This document shows positions 20,026 through 29,616 of a stretch of DNA of 64,000 bases, one piece after another. The translations under genes and the position numbers were made by a program. The DNA is from Candidatus Altiarchaeota archaeon. Its GTDB lineage: Archaea; Altiarchaeota; Altiarchaeia; IMC4; SCGC-AAA252-I15. The notes under the pieces are model-generated. The model was given only the letters and a program-made list of their open reading frames with translations, was not told the DNA's origin and made no database searches. Where the stretch lies: contig JAZDMS010000001.1 of the NCBI GenBank assembly GCA_043800705.1, forward strand, positions 32,001 through 96,000, read 5' to 3'. Positions within the stretch are counted from its first letter, which is position 1. Every line of letters begins with the position of its first letter.

Positions 20026-20174
20026 AACCCCTACTTTAACATCCCCCGCCCTACAACACCTTGTTTTATCCCCCGCATACGCAATAGTGTCCTTATATGT
20101 TCATTATAGTGTTGAATGTGTCGGTTAGGAAGTCATCGGTAAATGGCAGACTGACCCTCCTCAGATCCCAAGTT

Positions 20175-20447
20175 TCACGTTTTAGGCTTCCCTTTTCCGA
20201 GTATGGCGGCCTCGTACCTGGGTTTTAGGTTAAGTATCCGTTCGACCGTCTCGATCCTTATTATCCCGAGTTCGATCATGGACCTGAGGAAAACCAGCAC
20301 CGCCACCGACTCGTCGAGGTTGCCGATGAAGGGTATGTTGTCCGGGAGGAACTCTATTATACCCATCCCCGGATTGACGAGGTACAGCCCCGAACCCGCC
20401 AATAACGCCAACCACCACAGCCTCCGTCCAGCCATCAGTTTATACAT
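20175..20447 (-). CDS. YkvA/DUF1232 family membrane protein
   Basis: YLVNP...EFLPDNIPFIGNLDE. Confidence 0.8.
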   Translation of the reverse strand: MYKLMAGRRLWWLALLAGSGLYLVNPGMGIIEFLPDNIPFIGNLDESVAVLVFLRSMIELGIIRIETVERILNLKPRYEAAILGKGKPKT

Positions 20448-20541
20448 GACGTCCGAGAATAAAATACCAAAAAGCTGGCGTGTCGTCGACCGTCCTACTT
20501 TGCTCAATGATTTATCTGCGATAAACGGATATATTCTAACG

Positions 20542-23058
20542 ATGTTTGTCTGCGGGTTTTTCCGTGTTATCGCTTCATCGGCCGTAATCCTGTCTCTGTT
20601 TTTCCCCTCGGTATCTGCCGACGCCGTCGACCCGAATTCGGTCTTCGGAAGGTGCATGACTAAGTATTGTTGGCCTGGGGGCGAAAGCTGCGACAAGATA
20701 CTCTGCCCAACAGTAGTCTATGGGTGCTCCATCCCCTGCAGCCCAATCTACACCAACTACGGCTCCTCCTGCGTCTCGATGTGCGGCGAGATAGGCGACA
20801 TGAGCGACCCGTGCCTCGTCCAGTACGCGGACAAGGCCTTCGCATGCTTCAGCGGATGCGTAAAGGACAAGAATCCGGGCGGCTGCTCAGGCCAATGCAA
20901 GACCGAAGCCTACAAGGGCGTTGCGGCATGCAAGGAGAAATCGAAACCGACGACGACCCTGAAGCCGAAGCCGACAACTACCACCACCCTGAAGCTCTGC
21001 GACGACGATGGCAGCTGCGAAACGGGGGAGAACTGCCGCATGTGCGAGCGGACCAATGACTGTCCGTGCGGTGGGCTAAGGTGCGCTCCGGGCGCTGCCG
21101 GTGCAAACGCCAACGGATGCGTCGACCCATGCGCGACGATAAAGCATTCCCAATATGACCTCGCATCCGACTCCTGCCTATGCGAAAAAGGATACGTGAT
21201 GAATGGCGGAAAGAACCGCTGCGACCCGATAGTCACGTTCAAGGGGAGGGTCACGGACGGCCACGGCCACCCGATGAGGTACATGGTCATCAGCCTTGAA
21301 ATCGACGCGAAGGAATATGACGGGGTGACGAACGACAACGGAGAATACGAGTTCAAGGACGTGAAAGGGCTAGAACCCGACGCGAAGAATCCGCCCACGG
21401 CCGTATTGAAGGCGGAGCTCTCCTACGTCCGTGGGGGAAAGAACTACATAGTACTGCCCGCCGGATCGGCTCCCATGGAACTTGACCTCAAGTTCAACCT
21501 GCGGTCGGCCGCGGACATGTCGAAGGACATGGACTTCAGGGTAATCACCCTCGGAAAGGCTGTGCAGAAAGCCAAGGTCGGAGACGACGAATACAGCTCC
21601 CCCAATTATTATGTGGACCAGATAGACCACTTCTCGGGGATATACTACTACCTCTCCGATTCCGTGGAGTTCGCGCTGACAAAGCTCAAAGCCAACATAG
21701 ACTATAAGCTCCCCGTAGAGGTGCTGATCGAGGGGAATTCCACCTTCTATGCGCCGGTCGATTCGCGCATCCAGATCGGCCTCCGGGACGCCTCGTACGA
21801 TTCGGGGAACAGGCCGAAGAACCGCGAATACCACGAGTTCGCCCACCACATCATGTACGCCCAGTATGGCGCCTGGCCGCCGGACAGGTTGATGCCGGGC
21901 ACGAACAACCACGACGGATTCATCAATCCGTCCACCGCAGACTCGTACATGGAGGGTTTCGCGGAATTCATGGCAGTTGCGATGGCGGAGGGCTCCAAAG
22001 ACCCGGACATAGCCCAACCTCCACAACAGTATATGTGGCTGTACAACCTCGACAACAAGTACAAGCCTTGGATGATCAAGGGCACGGTCGAGGAGTTGGC
22101 TGTAGCGGGGATTCTATGGGACCTGCACAAGAGCGGCGAGACGTCCTTTAGCATCGAGGAGATGTGGGGGATATTGAAGGTGAAAAGGAGGAACTTCTAC
22201 GATTATTATGACGCATTCAAGCGGTCGTATCCGAAGAAGGCGGACGCAATAGACCGGATATTCACCGCCCACGGGTTCTTCGCGGACAAGAACAAGGGTA
22301 ACGGGGTCCGCGACTTCAACGAGCCCTACAGGGACGCAGACGGGAACAGGGCATACGACAAGGGCGAATATTTCATCGACTACGGTTTGAATCTGACGAC
22401 AACTGCGGATAAAGCCTCTGCGGTCCTCCTTGGCGAGAAGATAGAGTACGAGAAAGGCGAGAAGATAGGGGCCGCATCCAACTACGAGCGCCCGAACAGG
22501 ACACAGGCTGTAGAGATACCGAACGCCTTTATCAAGGTACCGGACGGGAGAGTCAGGTTCTACACGGTATCGATCCGCTTCAACGATCCCTCGCAGGGCA
22601 AAGACTACGACTATACGACCGAGGCTAGGCAGGGACTCATCTGCCTCGCACCGCTTCCGGAGGACGTCGATGCGACATACGCCGTTTCGCCTAAGTCCCA
22701 GGATTACTCATCGGAGCGGCCCTACACGATAACCAGCCGGGAATACCTCGTAAAATACTATTCAGCACCGGAGAGTCAGGGATTCTTCGATCAGCATTCA
22801 TTCGACCTAAAGGCTACGGGCCAGCACAAGGACCCCGAATACCGGGCCTTGGATGGGGTTCAGCCAAGCTGGGGGACCGACGGAGGCCCAGACGTCCAGG
22901 ACCCGACGGCTGTCAAAATCAAGCCAAGGACGCCGGGGACGAAGCCTTTCTCGGACGATAATGGAGGTTCGCAGGGCTGCTCATGCGTGCCTGCCCTCAC
23001 GGCCATAATCGCCTTGATGGCCACGTCGGTAACCAAATGGATAACCGAACCTTTTTAA
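20542..23058 (+). CDS. Secreted Cys-rich protein with zinc-metallopeptidase motif and C-terminal anchor
   Basis: Signal peptide, Cys-rich modules, Thr linker, YHEFAHH...EGFAEF, C-terminal GCSCVPAL plus hydrophobic helix. Confidence 0.75.
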   Translation: MFVCGFFRVIASSAVILSLFFPSVSADAVDPNSVFGRCMTKYCWPGGESCDKILCPTVVYGCSIPCSPIYTNYGSSCVSMCGEIGDMSDPCLVQYADKAFACFSGCVKDKNPGGCSGQCKTEAYKGVAACKEKSKPTTTLKPKPTTTTTLKLCDDDGSCETGENCRMCERTNDCPCGGLRCAPGAAGANANGCVDPCATIKHSQYDLASDSCLCEKGYVMNGGKNRCDPIVTFKGRVTDGHGHPMRYMVISLEIDAKEYDGVTNDNGEYEFKDVKGLEPDAKNPPTAVLKAELSYVRGGKNYIVLPAGSAPMELDLKFNLRSAADMSKDMDFRVITLGKAVQKAKVGDDEYSSPNYYVDQIDHFSGIYYYLSDSVEFALTKLKANIDYKLPVEVLIEGNSTFYAPVDSRIQIGLRDASYDSGNRPKNREYHEFAHHIMYAQYGAWPPDRLMPGTNNHDGFINPSTADSYMEGFAEFMAVAMAEGSKDPDIAQPPQQYMWLYNLDNKYKPWMIKGTVEELAVAGILWDLHKSGETSFSIEEMWGILKVKRRNFYDYYDAFKRSYPKKADAIDRIFTAHGFFADKNKGNGVRDFNEPYRDADGNRAYDKGEYFIDYGLNLTTTADKASAVLLGEKIEYEKGEKIGAASNYERPNRTQAVEIPNAFIKVPDGRVRFYTVSIRFNDPSQGKDYDYTTEARQGLICLAPLPEDVDATYAVSPKSQDYSSERPYTITSREYLVKYYSAPESQGFFDQHSFDLKATGQHKDPEYRALDGVQPSWGTDGGPDVQDPTAVKIKPRTPGTKPFSDDNGGSQGCSCVPALTAIIALMATSVTKWITEPF

Positions 23059-23260
23059 CGGCAAACTCTAATAAGAGCATCGGGTGGTTTATTGTGGCTA
23101 ATCTGAATCCCTCACACGGCAGGAAAAACGCGAGTCATCAATCTGAGAAACCCGACCTCATCCACGAGTGCAAGGGCAAGGCGGAGTGGTCGAAGGTCCC
23201 CGGTTGTCTCGTGGACATGCCAAACTGGCGGGATCTTTTACCGAAGAAGGAGCGTCACCA

Positions 23261-23896
23261 TCACGCCAAATGAAGTTTGAGGACGACGGACGACTCGATC
23301 TGCCTGTCGGAGATTGTCCAATACTTCCTCAGGAGGATGTCCTTCTCTTCAGGGCCCACCAGCATGAAGCCGTTCTTCTCGTAGAACCCTATCGCCCAGG
23401 TGGCGGCAGCCCATGTGCCTACGAGGACCGTATCTGCATGTGCCTCTTTTAGAAGATGCCTTATCAGACCACTGCCTATACCTTTCCCCTGGCTTTCAGT
23501 CAGCACATACGAGTGCCGTATGAGCGAAACATCGCCGACCTCCTGCAAACCCATGACTCCGACGAGCTTGAGGTCTCCAGCCTTCGGTCTTCCGTCTTCG
23601 GCAGGACCGTGGACAGCAGACTGTTTTCGGTCTTCGGTCCTCTGTCTTCGGTCTTGGGTCTTCAGTCTGCGGTCTTCGGATGCCTTAAGTTTTCCGTCTT
23701 CAGTCTCCATGACCGTAGACTGGAAACTGCAATAAAAAACTACTCCCGACTCGATATCTCTCGCCAAAGCCTCTTTTGACATGTACGGCTCATGCCAGCA
23801 GTCGTCGGGTATACGGCTGCGGTAGGCTTCTGCGGCATCGTTGACCACCGCATATATGCCGCAGAAATCCTCCGGACCGCATTCCCTGATGGCCAT
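23261..23896 (-). CDS. GNAT acetyltransferase with ~50-aa repeat-derived insertion
   Basis: NDAAEAY...DCWHEPYM, VGVMGLQ, LIRHSYV..QGKGIG, GTWAAATWAIGFYEKNGF. Confidence 0.85.
   Translation of the reverse strand: MAIRECGPEDFCGIYAVVNDAAEAYRSRIPDDCWHEPYMSKEALARDIESGVVFYCSFQSTVMETEDGKLKASEDRRLKTQDRRQRTEDRKQSAVHGPAEDGRPKAGDLKLVGVMGLQEVGDVSLIRHSYVLTESQGKGIGSGLIRHLLKEAHADTVLVGTWAAATWAIGFYEKNGFMLVGPEEKDILLRKYWTISDRQIESSVVLKLHLA
23574..23731. repeat. Heptanucleotide tandem repeats (consensus TCTTCGG) in both orientations
   Basis: 4 copies at 23574-23601, 8 at 23624-23679, 3 at 23690-23710, inverted copies at 23605-23621 and 23711-23731. Confidence 0.85.
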
Positions 23897-23900
23897 GCCC

Positions 23901-24479
23901 TCAATAGTTCTCGGCTAAAACCTCGAAGTAAGCATGCGGGTGTTTGCAAGCGGGGCATTGGCTCGGCGCCTCCGTGCCTTCATGGACGAAGCCGCAGTTT
24001 CTGCAGTGCCACCTCGTCTTCTCCTTCTTCCTGAAGACCTCGGCCTTCGTTAGGTTCTCTATGAGCTTCCTGTACCTAGCCTCATGGAACCTCTCCACCT
24101 TCGCGATCTGGTCGAACGTGTTCGCAACATCTGGGAAGCCCTCCTTCCTGGCAACCTTCGCGAAATCGGAATACAGCATGGTCCACTCCATCTTTTCGCC
24201 TTCCGCCGCCGCCTCGAGGTTAGATCTGGCGTCCTTGATCTGGCCTGCCGGATATGCGGCGACTATCTCAACTTCCCCTCCCTCCAGGTGCTTGAAGAAC
24301 AGCTTCGCGTGCTCCTTCTCGTTTTCGGCGGTCTCGGTGAATAGCGCCGAGATATGCTCAAAGCCTTCCTTCTTCGCAGCCGAAGCGAAATACGTGTACC
24401 TGTTCCTAGCCTGTGACTCGCCGGCGAAAGCAGCCAGCAAGTTCTTCTCCGTCCTTGTTCCCTTTATGGATTTAGCCAT
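23901..24479 (-). CDS. rbr: Rubrerythrin
   Basis: AFAGESQARNRY, ENEKEHA, ERFHE, WHCRNCG..CPAC. Confidence 0.95.
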   Translation of the reverse strand: MAKSIKGTRTEKNLLAAFAGESQARNRYTYFASAAKKEGFEHISALFTETAENEKEHAKLFFKHLEGGEVEIVAAYPAGQIKDARSNLEAAAEGEKMEWTMLYSDFAKVARKEGFPDVANTFDQIAKVERFHEARYRKLIENLTKAEVFRKKEKTRWHCRNCGFVHEGTEAPSQCPACKHPHAYFEVLAENY

Positions 24480-24501
24480 ACTATGCCTCTTTTAGAGTAA
24501 A

Positions 24502-25002
24502 TCAAATGAACCTTGAAAACCTATCCTTCTTCGCCTTGCATATCGGGCATTCGCCCGGCGGCCCGTCCCTGGCGCACAGGTAGCCGCATACGTCGCATCT
24601 CCACACCGGGTACGAAAGCGACTTCCCCGAGCCCTGGAATCCCTGCCTGAGCCGGTCCTCCCCCCTCGGAGGCCTTCTCTCCGGGATCGGCTGGGCACTT
24701 TCCCGCCCGTCCTTGATATCCTTGGATACGTATAGTGCGCAGTAGCATGAGCCGTATTCGGAGAGGTCGGGGTCGCGGTAGTCGCAGGGGCAGATGATGT
24801 CCCGGTCATGATCCTTCCTCCCGGATGCTAGCCTGCAGGGGCATGCCATGTAGCCGTAGCGGCCCTCGTTCACGAGGAGGCCTTTGACCAGGCTCCGCGT
24901 GAATCCCGGATCCGGGTTCAGGTGGTATCCGAATCCTTCAGCCTCCCTGTCGAGCCTCTTTCGCACCCTGTCTATCTCCTCTCCGGGGATTTCAACATTC
25001 AT
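24502..25002 (-). CDS. Ferredoxin:thioredoxin reductase catalytic subunit fused to rubredoxin-like domain
   Basis: CPC...CPC...CYC plus WRCDVCGY...CPIC. Confidence 0.9.
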   Translation of the reverse strand: MNVEIPGEEIDRVRKRLDREAEGFGYHLNPDPGFTRSLVKGLLVNEGRYGYMACPCRLASGRKDHDRDIICPCDYRDPDLSEYGSCYCALYVSKDIKDGRESAQPIPERRPPRGEDRLRQGFQGSGKSLSYPVWRCDVCGYLCARDGPPGECPICKAKKDRFSRFI

Positions 25003-25283
25003 CTTTTCAGTGCTTTCTTGATATCGTCCTCTTTGAACCCGACAATTATCTTACCATCTATCTTTATCGTTGGGAATGAACTGGAAGGGTTTATCCTTTC
25101 TACTTCCTTGCATATCTCGTCAGCCTCCTTGTCGGACGCAAGGTCGGCGTATACGTAATAGTATTCGACGCCAAGGGTGTCCAGAAGCTCCCTCGTCATC
25201 CTGCACCATCCGCATGTGCTCAAAGCGTAAAGCGTCACCTTCCCTGCCTTCTTCCCGGAGACGTGCTTCAATTTTATCGCCAT
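24999..25283 (-). CDS. Glutaredoxin/NrdH-like protein
   Basis: [20 protein letters not shown]. Confidence 0.9.
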   Translation of the reverse strand: MAIKLKHVSGKKAGKVTLYALSTCGWCRMTRELLDTLGVEYYYVYADLASDKEADEICKEVERINPSSSFPTIKIDGKIIVGFKEDDIKKALKR

Positions 25284-25369
25284 GCTATGCCTCGATACGA
25301 TATGGTCAACATTGGGCGGGCCTCTTTATATCCGCAACAGTAACCTGTTACTCATCGCATCTTTTAATA

Positions 25370-25948
25370 ATGCCGGGTAATTCATCAATCGTGAAAAGAC
25401 CGGATTGGCGCGTCTATGCGGCAGCCGCCGCCTTGTTGTTCATCGGCCTCGTCCTCCTGGCAGGCTGCATAAAAGGGCCCACGTACTCCTACGATATGTC
25501 CCTGTCAGACCCGTATAACGTCTCCGGCGTGGTGGAACTGAGGGTGAACGCTACCGCTAACGTACTCATAAACAACAGCGGACGCGACGAGCTCAGGTTC
25601 AAGGTCGAGCAGTCCGTATTGTCCGCCGCCTACCCGGACGGGAGGGTCGAAAAGGTGTATGGGAACGCCCCCGAAGGCAGTGTCCCCAAAGACGGCACAT
25701 ACCTCCTCAAACTCGAATTCGGGAATATCCCTGTCAAGTACGCCCTCGTCGACAATCCTCCGCGATTCCACCCCCTCATCGAATACTACGACGTCAACGT
25801 GACGTCATCGGGGTGGCAGAAGATTCTCTTCGTCTGGTCCCCTTCGCAGCGGTCGACGAAAAGCATCAGGATCCCGCTGAAGGACATGCCGCTTCAGGAT
25901 TACCTCAAAGATGTCAAAGAATCTTTGAGCCTGGAAGAGAACACCTAA
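25370..25948 (+). CDS. Hypothetical lipoprotein-like protein
   Basis: Hydrophobic segment ending LLAGC, followed by a beta-rich domain. Confidence 0.6.
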   Translation: MPGNSSIVKRPDWRVYAAAAALLFIGLVLLAGCIKGPTYSYDMSLSDPYNVSGVVELRVNATANVLINNSGRDELRFKVEQSVLSAAYPDGRVEKVYGNAPEGSVPKDGTYLLKLEFGNIPVKYALVDNPPRFHPLIEYYDVNVTSSGWQKILFVWSPSQRSTKSIRIPLKDMPLQDYLKDVKESLSLEENT

Positions 25949-25952
25949 TGGT

Positions 25953-27143
25953 TTAATCGCATTTTCTGACCTGCTTCAGGTAGACTGGCGAGAAAACCCC
26001 CGGCTTCGGCTGACCCCTGTCTCCGACCTTGAACCTGGTGAAGAAGACCTTCGAGGCGCCCGCCTTGAGCGCTCCGTCGACCGACGCGTCCACCTGGCTG
26101 TCCGACGAATACTCCGCCTCCGTCACCCATATCGTCTTGTTCAGTCCGTTTACTTCCAGAAGCTCCCTGTATTTGCCGACGTTGAGGTTCTGCAGGTCTC
26201 CGTAGTCTATGTAGTGGATGTTCCCTATGTCGAAGTACTGCCCTCCGCCGGCCTTGAATACCTGGTCCCAGTACGATGCGAACCGGGGGTCTATCCCCTC
26301 CATCCCTCCCTGGACTACCATGCAATCCGGGCAAGCGGCCTTTACCGATATATACGAGGCTTTGAGGATCTGCGCATATTCCTGCGGGCTGCCTTTGAAG
26401 AACGTAAGCTCATCGCTCCTTAGCACAGGCTCGTTTCCGATCTCCCAGTGGGTTATCGGTTGCGTCAAACCCGGCATGTCGTCGATACCGTCGCCGTCAT
26501 ACCGTTCCACGAGCCTCTGCACGAATGACGAATAGGCCTCCATGTCGCACGGCATGCACCTGGACCTCGGTATTCCCTCAAGCGCTCCACCTCTGGTCCT
26601 CGGGTAGAATATGTCCGTCTCGTCCACGCCGCAGCCGTCGTCGTGGCACATCCTCTGATCCCAGTCCGCGTAAGGCCAGATAGTGGCCAGAATCGCAACG
26701 TCCCTGGATTGCGCAGCCTTCGCCCATCCGTCTGACTGTGAGAAGTCATATGAGCCTTCGGATCTCTCGATCCATCCCCACGCGAAAGGGCCGGGGTGGG
26801 GTCTCGCCCATCCCGCACCTATCATCCTTATCTCGAATATCTCCCTCCAGTCCCCGGGGACGAATCCGACGCAGTTGGTGAGCGTCTCCGGCTTGATCTG
26901 GACCCCCCTGGGGGCCGTCGTGGTCGACGTCGTCGATGACGTGACTGTGCTAGATGACGGGGTGGTCGACGTTTCAGGGGGGGATGTCGCGGTCGTCGAC
27001 GTCTCTTCGGCGGAGACGATGGCATCTGACGTGGTCGTGGATTCCAAATCGACGGGTCCTATAACCCCCGCCTGTTCGAAGCATCCTGCCGCAAGAAGGG
27101 TTGCCAACAAGGCGGTAAAAACCACCCCCATCGTCTTATCCAC
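25953..27143 (-). CDS. Secreted clan-A glycoside hydrolase-like protein
   Basis: LAAGC lipobox-like motif, S/T linker, WEIGNEP acid/base, IWVTE nucleophile. Confidence 0.75.
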   Translation of the reverse strand: MDKTMGVVFTALLATLLAAGCFEQAGVIGPVDLESTTTSDAIVSAEETSTTATSPPETSTTPSSSTVTSSTTSTTTAPRGVQIKPETLTNCVGFVPGDWREIFEIRMIGAGWARPHPGPFAWGWIERSEGSYDFSQSDGWAKAAQSRDVAILATIWPYADWDQRMCHDDGCGVDETDIFYPRTRGGALEGIPRSRCMPCDMEAYSSFVQRLVERYDGDGIDDMPGLTQPITHWEIGNEPVLRSDELTFFKGSPQEYAQILKASYISVKAACPDCMVVQGGMEGIDPRFASYWDQVFKAGGGQYFDIGNIHYIDYGDLQNLNVGKYRELLEVNGLNKTIWVTEAEYSSDSQVDASVDGALKAGASKVFFTRFKVGDRGQPKPGVFSPVYLKQVRKCD

Positions 27144-27256
27144 TTTTTTTATATCCCCAAAACTGCCCCTCTATCGGGCATTCAGCAGTTTTGTCCATCA
27201 AAAACCATCGGCCTCAGCTGACCGTTTTTTATATTGGCCGTATCGAATATATACCC

Positions 27257-27628
27257 ATGGCATTGATCAAGCATTTTATGACTGCCGACCCGGTCGCGAT
27301 ACAAAAGGACAAGAGCGTCTTCGAAGCGGTGAAACTGATGAACGAGAAGGACATCGACTGCCTCATCGTGACAGACGACCACAAGCCTGTCGCCATTTTC
27401 ACCACGACGGACCTGCGGGTCAGGGTCGTCGGCGAAGGGAAGGACCCCAAGAAGACGGGCGTCTTGACCGCGGCGACGAAGGACATCAAGGTCCTCAAGG
27501 AGTCTGACGAGGCGATGCTTGCGAGGAACATCATGTCAAAATATCAAGTCAAGCACCTGCCGATAGTCGACGACGGAGACCTGCTTGTGGGGATGCTTTC
27601 CATCACTGACCTAATCGGCGAACACTAG
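27257..27628 (+). CDS. CBS-domain pair protein
   Basis: IKHFMT.DPV, KHLPIVD, LVGMLSITDL. Confidence 0.9.
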   Translation: MALIKHFMTADPVAIQKDKSVFEAVKLMNEKDIDCLIVTDDHKPVAIFTTTDLRVRVVGEGKDPKKTGVLTAATKDIKVLKESDEAMLARNIMSKYQVKHLPIVDDGDLLVGMLSITDLIGEH

Positions 27629-27659
27629 GGATATATCCTCACCTCTGATAGGTAACTTG

Positions 27660-29616
27660 ATGCTGCCACGTCTTTTGACCGTCGCGAAATACGAGCTCTA
27701 CCAGTACCGGCGGAGCTATTTCGAGCAGTTCTTCATAGCATGCGCCATCGTGCTGGTCTTCCTGATGGTGTCCGGGACGCGAGAGGGCGTGACCCTGGAC
27801 ACGCCAAGCTCATACGGCCTCTATAGGGTCGGATATGTCTCAGGGGGGGGGCCTGTCAAATGTAAGCCACTATTCGCTAAGAATGGCCCCGTTCGCCTCA
27901 CGGCAGGAGGCCATGGACGCTGTTGGATCCGGGCGGATCGACGTTTTCGCGGACGTCTCGGACGGTCTGGTCACATTTCAAGGCTCCAGCTCGATACGGT
28001 CCCTCGCATCGGTGAAGCGGCTGCGCCAGGTCCTGCTCGGCCAAAAGAGGGACCAGATATACCTGCTCGCCGAAGCGAACGCGAGCATGGACGGGATCCT
28101 ACTCCCGATCAAGGTTCGGACGGCCAGTTACTCGGTCGACTACTCGAAGGCCACGGACCCTTCGGTCCTGACGAGGCGGATCCGCCTTCTGAACCGCGAT
28201 TCCATGGACAATGGGATGGTCCTTTCGGGGGTGAACATACTCGACGCGGATGCCGTCCGACGGATGGATCTGGCCCTGTACCTGAACGAGTCTGACTCTC
28301 TCGCATCGAACGAAACACTGGACCTTGCGGGTTTCACGCTCCCCGAGGAATGGGAGGTCCCGTTCGTCTTCAAGAGCCTGTATAATAACATGGCAGTCGT
28401 ATCCGTCTCGATCCTCCTTTCGATAATGCTCACACTCTCCTTCGCCAGGGAAAAGGTGAACCGGACGATGGAAGTCCTTTTCATGTCCCCGACGACGCGC
28501 CTTGACATACTCGCGGGAAAGTCCCTCCCCTACGTGGCCCTCATGCTGGCTGTCAACATGGGCTACTGCCTGTCGACTTCTTCGGGGATGAATTCGCTGA
28601 AGATGTTCTACATCTTTTCAGTCCTGTCTTTCACTCTGGCGGCTTTTGCGACGTTCACGGTCCTTGCCTCGAGGAATTACAGGGAGGTGACCTTCATGAG
28701 CTCGCTCTGCCTTCTTTCCTTCCTCATATTCATCGTCTTCCCAAACGTGTTCTCCGGCGTCAACCTCCTCGCCTTCGTTTCTCCGCTTGACACCGTCACC
28801 AGCATACAGAACCAGGCAGGTGTCGGATTTGGCGACGTCTTCCTGTCACTGCTTCCCTACAAGTTCCTTTTCATGTTCTTCCTGTCGGCATCGATTGTCT
28901 GCTTCAGCCCCGAGACGTTCCAGAACACGCCCGGCCTGGCGGGTCTCATGAGAATGTTCTACCATAATCTCAGGAAATCCTTCAGAAGCGACATATTATT
29001 TGTAATAACTGGCATCTCTCTGCTAGTTCCATTCGTCTACATAGTGCAGACGCTCATAGCATATCTCATCATACCGCTCGGACTCTTTGCACCATATGCT
29101 GCAATAGTCCTCCTCGCCTTGGTCGAAGAACTCACCAAAATTATCCCCTTTTACTATACCCGCAGGAATATGGTCTCCGGCGCATTGGTAAAGACGGGGA
29201 TAATGCTCTTTTCCGTGGGCATATTGTTTGGGGGGCTTCTTACCCCCGACAGGATATTTATTGTAGCTGGGGTCGCATTGTTGGCATTAATCCTTGTTTC
29301 GATGGTCTTAAAACCTTCGTTTTGGCCCCCTCTATCATATGGCATACTCTCAGGATGTACGTTTTTTCTTACAGAGAAGGCATTCAATATATACCTGATA
29401 TCGAAGGTTTATTCATATCTGCCGGCACCATATACCCTCTTCATCGTCAAGGGCTTGGCGTATACGCTTCTTTTGCATATACTCGCAACAACTACGCTGG
29501 CATTCGTTATCAGCGGAAGTTCAGGGAAATATCGGCTATATTCCGGCCTGGTATTGACTACTGCGATCCATTACGGATACAACGTCTACATGATGGGCGG
29601 AGGCCTGATACGGTGA
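27660..29616 (+). pseudogene. ABC-2/NatB-like permease fused to PrsW-like protease, frameshifted at a G9 tract
   Basis: The N-terminal frame (VAKYEL plus TM) joins the 593-aa frame if one G of 27843-27851 is removed; REKVNRTMEVLFMSP; EELTK...F..E...H...HYGYN. Confidence 0.65.

Larger units (their letters stand above)
18118..20095. mobile_element. IS6-family (DDE_IS240-like) element with cargo genes, defective
   Basis: Imperfect 56-bp terminal inverted repeats (18118-18173 and 20040-20095); the left end contains GGCATTGTTGCAAA, close to the IS26 IR; AT-rich interior; transposase remnant. Confidence 0.8.

Noticed and set aside
20203-20541. Long N-terminal extension of the 951-aa ORF overlapping DUF1232
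   Set aside because: The signal peptide starts at ATG 20542; the upstream part is antisense to a real gene
23095-23273. Small His-tailed ORF after the metalloprotease
   Set aside because: Short, no recognisable motif, overlaps the convergent GNAT stop; unsupported
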